DNA of 37,246 nt from Candidatus Thorarchaeota archaeon (lineage in GTDB: Archaea; Asgardarchaeota; Thorarchaeia; Thorarchaeales; Thorarchaeaceae): NCBI GenBank assembly GCA_016839445.1, contig JAEOUG010000066.1, forward strand, positions 1-37,246, read 5' to 3'. Below, in pieces: positions 1 through 8,142 of the stretch (within the stretch, counting starts at the first letter, position 1; every line of letters begins with the position of its first letter). The position numbers and the translations under genes were made by a program. Under the pieces are notes generated by a model. That model searched no databases and was not told where the DNA came from. It was given only the letters and a program-made list of their open reading frames with translations.

Positions 1-1
1 C

Positions 2-220
2 GCCGTCTTCATTCATGAGGAGTTTGTCCTCAGGACTGGAACCCACCAGACTCTGACCACAGTGTTTGAGTCAGTTGAGGGAGAAACCAGCAGCAAGGTG
101 ACTGTCGTTGGCAGTGGGGGAGGCTCGGGTATCTTCGGGTTGGATTGGGGCTCGCAGGCTGACGGTGAGCGGACAATCGCGGTTCAACTAGAGAATATGA
201 CGGCCGGGCGAAGAGCCTAG
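2..220 (+). CDS. Partial CDS (5' truncated), possibly DUF6054-like protein
   Basis: My translation of frame 2 is open from the window edge to TAG at 218-220: AVFIHEEFVLRTGTHQTLTTVFESVEGETSSKVTVVGSGGGSGIFGLDWGSQADGE... The GSGGG-x-G-IF-x-x-DWG pattern resembles DUF6054 from memory. Not in the ORF track because it has no start codon. Confidence 0.6.
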   Translation, partial: AVFIHEEFVLRTGTHQTLTTVFESVEGETSSKVTVVGSGGGSGIFGLDWGSQADGERTIAVQLENMTAGRRA

Positions 221-227
221 CCTTGTC

Positions 228-2858
228 TTAGTCCCGCCGATCCTCGTCCTTGTACTGCTCAGGTCGCTCGTCGAACACTGTCTTGCAGTAGGGGTTGCAG
301 AAATAGTAGCGCTTCCCCGCGTAGTCACTGTAGAGCTCCGCTGTTGCAGTGTCAACGTCCATTTTGCATATCGGGTCAACGGCTATCGCAGGCTCTGATG
401 ACTCACTCGCCTGTTCCTTTGCCTGTGGCGCTCTTTCCGGGTTGTACCGTCCTAGAAGAAGCGCATTGGTCACAACGCTCACAGATGATAGAGCCATTGC
501 TAGTCCTGCAAACTCGGGTCTCAGGGCTAGGCCTGTCGCGGGATAGAAGACTCCGGCCGCAATGGGTAGGAGTATCATGTTGTATATCAATGCCCAGAAG
601 AAACCCTGCCGGATCTTCGAAACCGTCTTCCGTCCTAGCTCCATGCCAGACACGACATCGGTAAGGTCGTCTCTCACGAGGATGATGTCCCCGGTTTCTA
701 CCGACACATCGGTTCCTGAGCCGAGTGCAATCCCAACATCGGCCTGAGCCAGGGCAACTGCATCGTTGATCCCGTCCCCAACAAACGCCACTGTGTGCCC
801 AGACTGCTGTAGGGACTTCACTTGCTCAGCCTTGTCTGCGGGGAGCACTTGGGCCATCACATTCTCTATGCCAACTGAACGAGCTATGGCCCGAGCAGTG
901 GGCTCTCTGTCCCCAGTAATCATCCACACGTCAATCCCTGAGTCCCGGAGCCTTGTGATTGCGTTTGCTGATGAGTCTTTCAACGGGTCAGATATTGCGA
1001 GCAACGCCAGTAGGTTGCCATCAGCAGCTGCGAAGACTGTCGTCTTGCCCTGACTCTCAAGCATCTCAACATGTGGCTCCAGTTCAGAAGTGTCCACGGA
1101 GTTGTCCCGCATGTAGAGGTCGTTACCCACGAGAATCTCTCTGCCCTCGACCGTGGCCCGTATCCCGAGACCCGACTCTGCGACAAAGTCTGTCGCTTCA
1201 AGGACAGGGACCTCCTTCTCCTGAGCTCGCCTCACGATGGCGTCTGCGAGTGGGTGTTCGCTCTTTCTCTCAGCCGACGCCACGACTGCGAGAGCATGTA
1301 GTTCCTCAACATCCCTAGCAGGTATCAAGTCAGTGACCGACGGTTCACCCACGGTTAGCGTTCCGGTCTTATCAAAGACCACTGTGTCAACTTGAGGTAT
1401 GGTTTCCAGGCCAGCACCGGTCTTGATGAGTATCCCGTTCTGAGCCCCCTTTCCAAGCCCCACCATTATGGCAGTGGGTGTCGCAAGACCGAGGGCACAG
1501 GGGCAAGCTGCAACAAGGACTGCAATGGTGAACCTAAGAGCGACCGTCCAATCTACTCCGCCTAGCAGAAGCCATGCGGAGAACGTCACAAGTGAAATCA
1601 GAAGGACTACCGGGACGAAGACCTCGGCAATAGCATCGGCACGCCTCTGAATGGGCGGCTTCTGCGTCTGAGCCTCTTCGACAAGCCTGATGATCTGAGC
1701 AAGAGCCATATCTGAGCCAACCTTCGTGGCCCGGACGCTCAGCGAACCGTTCTTGTTGATGGTTCCGCCCACAACCTGGTCATGAGGTTCCTTCTTCACT
1801 GGAAGTGATTCGCCTGTGATCATCGATTCATCTACAGACGATTTGCCGTCTACAATCTCTCCATCTACTGGTATTCTGTCTCCTGGTCTGATCACGAAGA
1901 TGTCGCCAATCTCCACATCTTCTGCGGGAACAATGACTTCCTTACCGTCCCGGATAATCGTCGCTGTGGCGGGCTGCAAGTCCATGAGGCTGCGGATAGC
2001 TCGACTAGTACGACCCTTAGCCATAGCCTCCAACCACCGGCCGAGAAGAATGAAGGTGATGAGCATAGCCGAAGTATCGTAGAATGTCATGAAGCCTGTG
2101 AGGAAGAAACTAGCAGCTACAGAGTAGGCATAAGCGACGGTTGTGCCCAACATGATGAGGGTGTCCATGTTCGTCTTTCCGTGGGCTAGGCCTCGTAGAC
2201 TAGACTTGTAGAATGGGTATCCGCCAATGAATTGGATTGGTGTGGCAAAGACAAACATCAGGAGGTTCGGGTCGAGTCCTGGAGGAAGGAAGGGAGTGAG
2301 GACTCCGAACATTGTCAGGGTCACTGGTAGAGTAAGAATCAGCGAGAAGGCGAACAGATACTGGTAGTATCGTATCTCACCCTCCCTAGCCAGTGCTTCT
2401 CGATCGCCCCGAGTCGACGACTCCATGATTTCAAAGCCGTTGCTCCGGACCTCGTGCTTGATGGCCCTTGAATCGAACACTGCCTCATCGTACTCAACCA
2501 GCAGGCTCGCTGAGCCTCGAGACCCTCTCACACTGAGAACACCGGCAAGGGGAATGAGCGACCGCTCTACTCTTTTCCACCCCTCTTCGTCAGGGGAAGG
2601 CTCCAGATTGTATCGCATTACAAGTCTCCTAGCTCGGTACCCTGTGCTGTCAACTGCGTGCTCAAGGGTTTCTCTGCTCGTCTGGCTCGAGTCATACTCC
2701 ACGACTGCCTTTCCATCAAGTAGACTCACAGTGGCGGTGATGACACCATCTTCAGACAAGAGAGACTTCTCAATGGTTGCCACACAAGAGGCGCAGTGCA
2801 TCCCCTCTATTTTCAGTGACGCCTTTGCCGATTTCTGACCTGCGGTCCGCCCACTCAT
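228..2858 (-). CDS. copA: Cu(I)-translocating P1B-type ATPase with N-terminal HMA and C-terminal YHS domain
   Basis: GMHCASC HMA motif, TGES actuator motif, [15 protein letters not shown] phosphorylation site, SEHP, GDGINDA, YN and MALSS Cu(I) ligands; C-terminal DPICKM...YYFCNPYCK. Confidence 0.95.
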   Translation of the reverse strand: MSGRTAGQKSAKASLKIEGMHCASCVATIEKSLLSEDGVITATVSLLDGKAVVEYDSSQTSRETLEHAVDSTGYRARRLVMRYNLEPSPDEEGWKRVERSLIPLAGVLSVRGSRGSASLLVEYDEAVFDSRAIKHEVRSNGFEIMESSTRGDREALAREGEIRYYQYLFAFSLILTLPVTLTMFGVLTPFLPPGLDPNLLMFVFATPIQFIGGYPFYKSSLRGLAHGKTNMDTLIMLGTTVAYAYSVAASFFLTGFMTFYDTSAMLITFILLGRWLEAMAKGRTSRAIRSLMDLQPATATIIRDGKEVIVPAEDVEIGDIFVIRPGDRIPVDGEIVDGKSSVDESMITGESLPVKKEPHDQVVGGTINKNGSLSVRATKVGSDMALAQIIRLVEEAQTQKPPIQRRADAIAEVFVPVVLLISLVTFSAWLLLGGVDWTVALRFTIAVLVAACPCALGLATPTAIMVGLGKGAQNGILIKTGAGLETIPQVDTVVFDKTGTLTVGEPSVTDLIPARDVEELHALAVVASAERKSEHPLADAIVRRAQEKEVPVLEATDFVAESGLGIRATVEGREILVGNDLYMRDNSVDTSELEPHVEMLESQGKTTVFAAADGNLLALLAISDPLKDSSANAITRLRDSGIDVWMITGDREPTARAIARSVGIENVMAQVLPADKAEQVKSLQQSGHTVAFVGDGINDAVALAQADVGIALGSGTDVSVETGDIILVRDDLTDVVSGMELGRKTVSKIRQGFFWALIYNMILLPIAAGVFYPATGLALRPEFAGLAMALSSVSVVTNALLLGRYNPERAPQAKEQASESSEPAIAVDPICKMDVDTATAELYSDYAGKRYYFCNPYCKTVFDERPEQYKDEDRRD

Positions 2859-2873
2859 TTAGTTTCACTATAG

Positions 2874-2892
2874 TTAATATTCTCTGTATTAA
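2874..2892. promoter_or_regulatory. Inverted repeat TTAATA-N7-TATTAA in the AT-rich copA promoter; possible repressor operator
   Basis: 6-bp perfect inverted repeat 16-34 nt upstream of the copA ATG, overlapping a TATA-like AT tract. Confidence 0.35.
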
Positions 2893-2935
2893 TAACGTTT
2901 TGGATAGAGTGAAGCGGTCGATCGTCAAACCAGAG

Positions 2936-3526
2936 CTAGCCCATGTATATGTCTGGGTCTTCTTTTGCCTGCTGAGCCTCATCCATCATTCGAAGGAGCT
3001 CTGTGAATGTGTCCAGGATGTTTGCTCCGGTCTTTGCAGAGGTCTCGCGGAACACTGCAGGAACACCCAACTTGTCAATGAAGTACTGGGTGAACTCCTT
3101 TCCCTCATCAGGCGTTACGTACTTGGTCCGGTCCAAGGAGGCCCTCAGGTCAATCTTGTTGCCGACAATCACTGTCGGAGGAAGTGGTCCCATGTTCTTG
3201 TAGGCTTCAACCAGCCACTTGGAGGCGTTGTCAAATGATGACCTATCATTGACCGCGTACACGAGGATGATGCCATTGCAGCCTGCGTAGTAATGCCCGC
3301 GGACTTTCTCAAACGTTGGCTGGCCTGCCAGATCCCACAGAATGAACTTGACTATCTCCTTGTTGAAGAGAACGCGCTTTGTGGCCAAGTCGACGCCAAT
3401 TGTAGCCAGATGGCCTTCGATGAAGTCGTCTCCCAGGTAGTTGCGACGGATGCTTGTCTTCCCGACAGCTCCGTCTCCGATGAGAACGGCCTTCATGATT
3501 TTGCTGCCGTCATCCTGGTCTTTCAC
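2936..3526 (-). CDS. Rab-like small GTPase (Ras superfamily)
   Basis: G1 GDGAVGKT, G2 ATIGVDL, G3 WDLAGQ, G4 NKID, G5 ETSAK; GTG start preceded by GAGGAG. Confidence 0.93.
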   Translation of the reverse strand: MKDQDDGSKIMKAVLIGDGAVGKTSIRRNYLGDDFIEGHLATIGVDLATKRVLFNKEIVKFILWDLAGQPTFEKVRGHYYAGCNGIILVYAVNDRSSFDNASKWLVEAYKNMGPLPPTVIVGNKIDLRASLDRTKYVTPDEGKEFTQYFIDKLGVPAVFRETSAKTGANILDTFTELLRMMDEAQQAKEDPDIYMG

Positions 3527-3740
3527 TTCAAGCTCTCCTCATTGTCTGGCAAGTGGTCCACTGGTGGTGCTCCCTTCCGCATTCTCCGTTGCACATCCAA
3601 TGACTCAGGCAAAATAAGGTTAGTGTTCCAAGCTCAAGCTTGAAAATCGGACGGGCAGTGTGGATCGCTAGATAATCTCTCTGCACCGCAGCTTCTGCCA
3701 ATCGTTACATTCTAAATCAGGATGTGTATCAGCTCTGACC

Positions 3741-4334
3741 ATGGAGTCGGAAAGATTCGCCAAACAGATGGAGTTCATTGTCAAGATAGACGAGCTGAAG
3801 AGCGTCATCAGGCAGACCGCCCTAGTTGACGGCTCCCGCCAAGAGAACGTTGCAGAACACAGCTGGCACATCGCTGTAATGGCCCTCCTCCTTACAGAGT
3901 ATGCGAACACAGAGGGTCTCGACCAACTGAGAGTCCTCAAGATGCTTCTACTACATGATGTAGTGGAGGTGATTGCCGGTGATACGTTCCTCTACGACGA
4001 TGACTCACGTGTAGACCAGGAGAGCAGGGAGAGGGAGGCCGCAGGACGGATATTCGGAATTCTGCCCTCGGACCAAGCAGAGGAACTCCATGGCATTTGG
4101 AACGAGTTCGAAGCACAGAGAACACCTGAGGCGATGTTTGCGAAGGCTCTGGATGCACTTCAGCCTGTTGTACTCGGATATGCCAATCGAGGGTGGTCAT
4201 GGCGAACTCATTCAATCAAGAAGCAGGAAGTCCTCGACCACAAGAAGTCTATGGCGAAGGGCTCAGAGTATCTCTGGGCTTACGTCCAGGATCTGTTGAA
4301 GAAGGCTGTGAACGAGGGGATTCTGAAGGAGTAG
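3741..4334 (+). CDS. HD-domain hydrolase (HDDC2/YfbR-like 5'-deoxynucleotidase)
   Basis: LKSVIRQ...ENVAEHSWH, LLHDVVE, GD, EFEAQRTPEAMFAKALD pattern. Confidence 0.88.
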   Translation: MESERFAKQMEFIVKIDELKSVIRQTALVDGSRQENVAEHSWHIAVMALLLTEYANTEGLDQLRVLKMLLLHDVVEVIAGDTFLYDDDSRVDQESREREAAGRIFGILPSDQAEELHGIWNEFEAQRTPEAMFAKALDALQPVVLGYANRGWSWRTHSIKKQEVLDHKKSMAKGSEYLWAYVQDLLKKAVNEGILKE

Positions 4335-4394
4335 AGATGGGCAGACGCCGCAACAAGAATCAAAAGGCGAGCCCCGATTCTCAGACTCAGGAAA

Positions 4395-5135
4395 ATGGTT
4401 GACCTATACATAGGAGATCTTGTCCCGTTGGACATTCTCCTTGCGGGAGTGACTGCATTGATAGCTTCTGCAGTCCTTACCATCGCCTACTACTTGTCAG
4501 CCCGTGGTACCGCGAAGTGGAAGCCGAGAAAACTGGTCCACATCACGATGGGCACAATAATAGCATTCACAGTGTTCTCCTATGACAACCTCTCAGGCCC
4601 TGCCTTCACAGCAGGTCTGTTCCTCACAATCCTGATGTACGCCTGGGCCCACAAGAGTGAACTCGTCTGGGAGCTTCTCTCAGCGGGAAGTAGGGAGGGC
4701 GAGAGTCGTCTCAATACTTTTGCCTCGGGATTCATGGGAGTGGCTAGCTTTGCGCTTGTCTTTCTTGTGTTCTTCTCGAGACCTGAGATCTTCGCGGCTG
4801 CAATCCTTGCGGTCTCTTGGGGCGATGCCGCGGGGGAGATTGTGGGCCGGCCCTTCGGGGGCAAGATCTTCAAGAAGAGATTCAAGAACAAGTCAGTCGA
4901 AGGAAGTATCGCCGTTCTTGTCTTGACGATGGTGTCAGTGATTGCCTCCCTCATCGGGCATGGATTCCATCTGATGATTGTGGCAGTTCTACCTCAGATA
5001 GTGCTGGTGGCAATCCTTGTGTCCATTGCTGAGATTCTGAGTATTGGGTGGACCGACAATTTCCTGATACCTTGGGTCACATCCATATCGATGTGGCTTC
5101 TGCTCTTTCCGGGTATCCCTCTACTCCCTCTCTAG
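4395..5135 (+). CDS. CTP-dependent isoprenoid-alcohol kinase family (dolichol/phytol/DGK1-like) membrane protein
   Basis: RKLVH, WGDAAGEIVG, NKSVEGS and DNFLIP motifs; several hydrophobic segments. Confidence 0.82.
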   Translation: MVDLYIGDLVPLDILLAGVTALIASAVLTIAYYLSARGTAKWKPRKLVHITMGTIIAFTVFSYDNLSGPAFTAGLFLTILMYAWAHKSELVWELLSAGSREGESRLNTFASGFMGVASFALVFLVFFSRPEIFAAAILAVSWGDAAGEIVGRPFGGKIFKKRFKNKSVEGSIAVLVLTMVSVIASLIGHGFHLMIVAVLPQIVLVAILVSIAEILSIGWTDNFLIPWVTSISMWLLLFPGIPLLPL

Positions 5136-6053
5136 TTGGGTTGGCTCCACTTGTCCCCAGTCACTGATTCTCTCGATACCAGACTCTCCCAGCTCACAGA
5201 CAAGCTTCAATTCGGCCAGTATTCCAGACCAACCTACGTCGTAGCCTATTAGCGCTTCAGGGCTTCTGAAACCACTATGGTGAAGCGTGACAAGTGTGGA
5301 CCCATTGACTTCCTCAAATCTGACATTGACGAGGGTCTCTGGTTCATCTCCCAGAACCCAAGAGAACTCCAGTTCTCTGTCTTGTTCCATCTTTTTGAAG
5401 ACGACCGGGCCATGGCCTTCAGACCACCATGTGTAGATTCCGGCATAGGCCTTGTGTACGCGTGGCGCATCAGCACGGATGAAGTGCTTCAGCTTCTCCG
5501 GGTTCGTCCATACGTCGAAGGGCAGCTGAGGAGGCACCTTGCAGACAACACTCAGGCGCACATCAGTGGGGTCATACCTTGTGACGATGAGGGGGTGGTA
5601 GTTTGAGAAGTCGAACCGCAGGGCGGGCTGGCCAAGCTCTACTGCAGATTTGAAGTTCGCCAGCAAGAGAGTCCAGTGCTCGGGCAAGTGGTAGTTCTTC
5701 GCAGACACTGGCACGGCGCCGTGATTCACCTGAATCATCGTGCCCGGCCCGATCGGATTGAATCTTATCAATAGCAGAGTGTCAGAGCCCATTATCCGCC
5801 AGCTCAAGAGAAGAACCTTCATCTCTTTGATGTCCTTGATCTCCCAGTAGTTGGCGAGTTCAGCTGTAGTAGGAGCATTGGGGCCAAGAAACCTAATGGA
5901 GCCGCCAACCTTGAGATCAGCGCTGATCTCATTCCCAAGCCATTGGAGCATGATTATTGGATCAAGAAACTTCTCCCAGACTTCCTCTAGCGGCTTAGAT
6001 ACACGGATTCTAAGATGGATTACCGGGAGTATGTCTTCTTTGGGCTCCGCCAG
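5121..6053 (-). CDS. Tandem SRPBCC/AHSA1-like (START fold) domain protein; probable CTG start at 6053
   Basis: Two repeats of the pattern P-x-x-(V/P)-(W/F)...(D/N)P-x-x-(M/L)...W...H-G...W..LL..(F/L)K. The frame stays open 34 codons upstream of ATG 5951 and encodes IRVSKPLEEVWEKFLDP. Confidence 0.8.
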   Translation of the reverse strand: MAEPKEDILPVIHLRIRVSKPLEEVWEKFLDPIIMLQWLGNEISADLKVGGSIRFLGPNAPTTAELANYWEIKDIKEMKVLLLSWRIMGSDTLLLIRFNPIGPGTMIQVNHGAVPVSAKNYHLPEHWTLLLANFKSAVELGQPALRFDFSNYHPLIVTRYDPTDVRLSVVCKVPPQLPFDVWTNPEKLKHFIRADAPRVHKAYAGIYTWWSEGHGPVVFKKMEQDRELEFSWVLGDEPETLVNVRFEEVNGSTLVTLHHSGFRSPEALIGYDVGWSGILAELKLVCELGESGIERISDWGQVEPTQLERE

Positions 6054-6216
6054 TGTCCCTCACTCTCGACCCAAGACTATGCAGACAGTCCTTATTTCTG
6101 TGTCGAAAGATTGATGCTGCACGACTAGAGGGAGCTCATGAAAACTGTAATATCGAACGACTACTATCTTCTCTAGGTCAGGAGTGCGAGTTTAGGGTTC
6201 TGAGGAGAGTGGTGTC

Positions 6217-7545
6217 ATGAATATTCGTGTCCTCGTTGTTGATGATGATGAAGACCTTCTATTCCTTGCAGACAAGTTCCTCAAGAAGGCAAACAGGGAC
6301 TTCGAACTGGTGTCAGCCAAGACTGATCAGGAGGCACTTCAGGCCCTAGAAGAGAGTCGCTTCGACGCAGTGGTCTGTGACCATTACCTGGGCCCGGATA
6401 GCATGACCGGACTCGATCTCCTCGAGTGGGTTCGGAACGCAGGCAGGACCGTACCCTTCATCATATTCACAGGTAGGAGCGAGGAATCTGTAGCAATACG
6501 TGCCCTGAACATGGGGGCGGACTACTATCTCAAGAAGGAAACAGATGAATTCCGCGACCTCTTCAACCAGCTTGCAGAGAAGATACGCTTTGCAGTAGAA
6601 GAACGGAGACACGATGAGGAAACGGAAAGGAACCATCAGGAGATGGAGCGACGCGTTGAGGAGAGAACGAGAGAACTCCAGGAGGCGAAGTCGCGTCTGG
6701 AGGAGGAGGTGGAGGAGCGCAGGAGGATAGAGGAGGCGCTTCTGCTTCAGAGGGACCTAGGGAATGCTCTGTGTAAGGCTGCTAACACTTCTGAAGCCTT
6801 GGACTACTTGCTGAAGGTCATACTACAGCTGGAAGGTATAGATTCAGCTTCCATATCGATTCTCAACCAATCTAGTTTAGGGAGCGACCTCTCTGTTTCA
6901 CACATGATGCCTGATGCAGTCGCAGAATACTTGGTGAGGAAAGCAAGCGAGCTGGAAGAGATAGCTGAGTTCAGCGTATCGGAGATTGAGGCCCTCAACG
7001 AAGAGAGTAGCACGGATGCAGGACTCATGGCCCTACTCGTTGTTCCGGTGAGTTACAAACCCGGACTTGGAGCAGTTATGTGCGTTGGTTCCCGTACTCT
7101 CAGCGAGATACCTCTGAGAGATAGATACGTGCTTGAGGCAATTGCCATCCAAGTGGGAGCCTATTTGACAAGGGAAGACTCCACGAGAGCAGTAGTAGGT
7201 TCGCAAGAGGAGTTGATTGGTGTCTTCGAGTCGCTTCATGATGCCCTCTTCATTACAGACTTAGACTGGAGAATACTAGAATCCAATGGTCCAGCTCAGA
7301 AGCTTCTGGAGAAGAACGAACGAGATCTGATAGGACTGGATGTGTTGACCTTGTACAACATCGACACAACCACGTTCGTCGAACAGGCAGCCAGACATCT
7401 CAGGCAAGGCGGAATCTTCGAAGTGGACGCACTGCTGAGGTCTTCAAGAGGCTCGTCCATTGCGACAAGGTCCAGAGTTGTCAAAGGCCGCCATGGCGGA
7501 GAAGAGGTGTTCTTCTTCGTTAGTCGACCGTATGCTGGTCCTTGA
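6217..7545 (+). CDS. Response regulator: receiver + coiled coil + GAF-like + PAS, no obvious output domain
   Basis: VLVVDDD, CDHYL (phospho-Asp), FTGRS, GADYYLKK; ERRVEERTREL coiled coil; GAF-like middle; FESLHDALFITD...N PAS start. Confidence 0.88.
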   Translation: MNIRVLVVDDDEDLLFLADKFLKKANRDFELVSAKTDQEALQALEESRFDAVVCDHYLGPDSMTGLDLLEWVRNAGRTVPFIIFTGRSEESVAIRALNMGADYYLKKETDEFRDLFNQLAEKIRFAVEERRHDEETERNHQEMERRVEERTRELQEAKSRLEEEVEERRRIEEALLLQRDLGNALCKAANTSEALDYLLKVILQLEGIDSASISILNQSSLGSDLSVSHMMPDAVAEYLVRKASELEEIAEFSVSEIEALNEESSTDAGLMALLVVPVSYKPGLGAVMCVGSRTLSEIPLRDRYVLEAIAIQVGAYLTREDSTRAVVGSQEELIGVFESLHDALFITDLDWRILESNGPAQKLLEKNERDLIGLDVLTLYNIDTTTFVEQAARHLRQGGIFEVDALLRSSRGSSIATRSRVVKGRHGGEEVFFFVSRPYAGP

Positions 7546-7596
7546 GGCTCATGCGCCAATCTCAGTAAGATTTAACAATCAATATGATTCAGAAAA

Positions 7597-7623
7597 ATTG
7601 ATTCAATAATCTGTTGAATCAAT
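7597..7623. promoter_or_regulatory. Palindromic operator ATTGATTCAA-N7-TTGAATCAAT
   Basis: Perfect 10-bp inverted repeat immediately upstream of the GbsR-like regulator and downstream of a TTTAAC TATA-like element at 7571. Confidence 0.7.
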
Positions 7624-7643
7624 GACTAGAGGTGTCCACACGG

Positions 7644-8132
7644 ATGGGAGATGAAAGCCTACTAAACGACCAGATGGTCAGGCTTTTCGAGAAAGTAGCA
7701 AAGTGGATAGGTCTATCATCAAACGCTGGACCGGTCCTTGCAGCACTATTCGTCGAGAAGTACAGAACTGGAGGCAGACTGAGCTCAGAGGAGATATGCG
7801 ATACGACCGGATACTCCAGAGCAAATGCAGGTCTGATTATCTCGCAGCTTGAAGGGCTCGGGATTGTAGAAGGGCAGCGAGACTATGATCAAACCGGCAG
7901 AGGAAGGAAACGCGTTCTATATACTATCCCCGGCGACTTCTCGGATGTGTTTGGTCTTGGCGTTCTCGCACTCCAAGACAGACTGGACAGCATCCTCAAG
8001 GACATAGCAGGGATTGAAGGATTTGTAGGTGAAAAGAGCGGCCCAATCCCTGAGCTCGTACGCGACATGAGGCGCACGGTCAGTGCTCACTCGCGAGAAA
8101 CCGAGGGCATCACGAAGGCTACCAAGAGATAG
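7644..8132 (+). CDS. GbsR/MarR-family winged-helix transcription regulator
   Basis: WIGLSSNAGPVLAALF...LSSEEICDTTGYSRANAGLIISQLEGLGIV...GRKRVLY. ATG 7644 follows GAGGTG; the ORF track start is GTG 7632. Confidence 0.82.
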   Translation: MGDESLLNDQMVRLFEKVAKWIGLSSNAGPVLAALFVEKYRTGGRLSSEEICDTTGYSRANAGLIISQLEGLGIVEGQRDYDQTGRGRKRVLYTIPGDFSDVFGLGVLALQDRLDSILKDIAGIEGFVGEKSGPIPELVRDMRRTVSAHSRETEGITKATKR

Positions 8133-8142
8133 CTGCTCGACC

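Noticed and set aside
3523-3600. Short minus-strand ORFs upstream of the first GTPase (one ends overlapping its GTG)
   Set aside because: Under 30 codons with no recognisable motif; the GTPase has its own SD-like GAGGAG.
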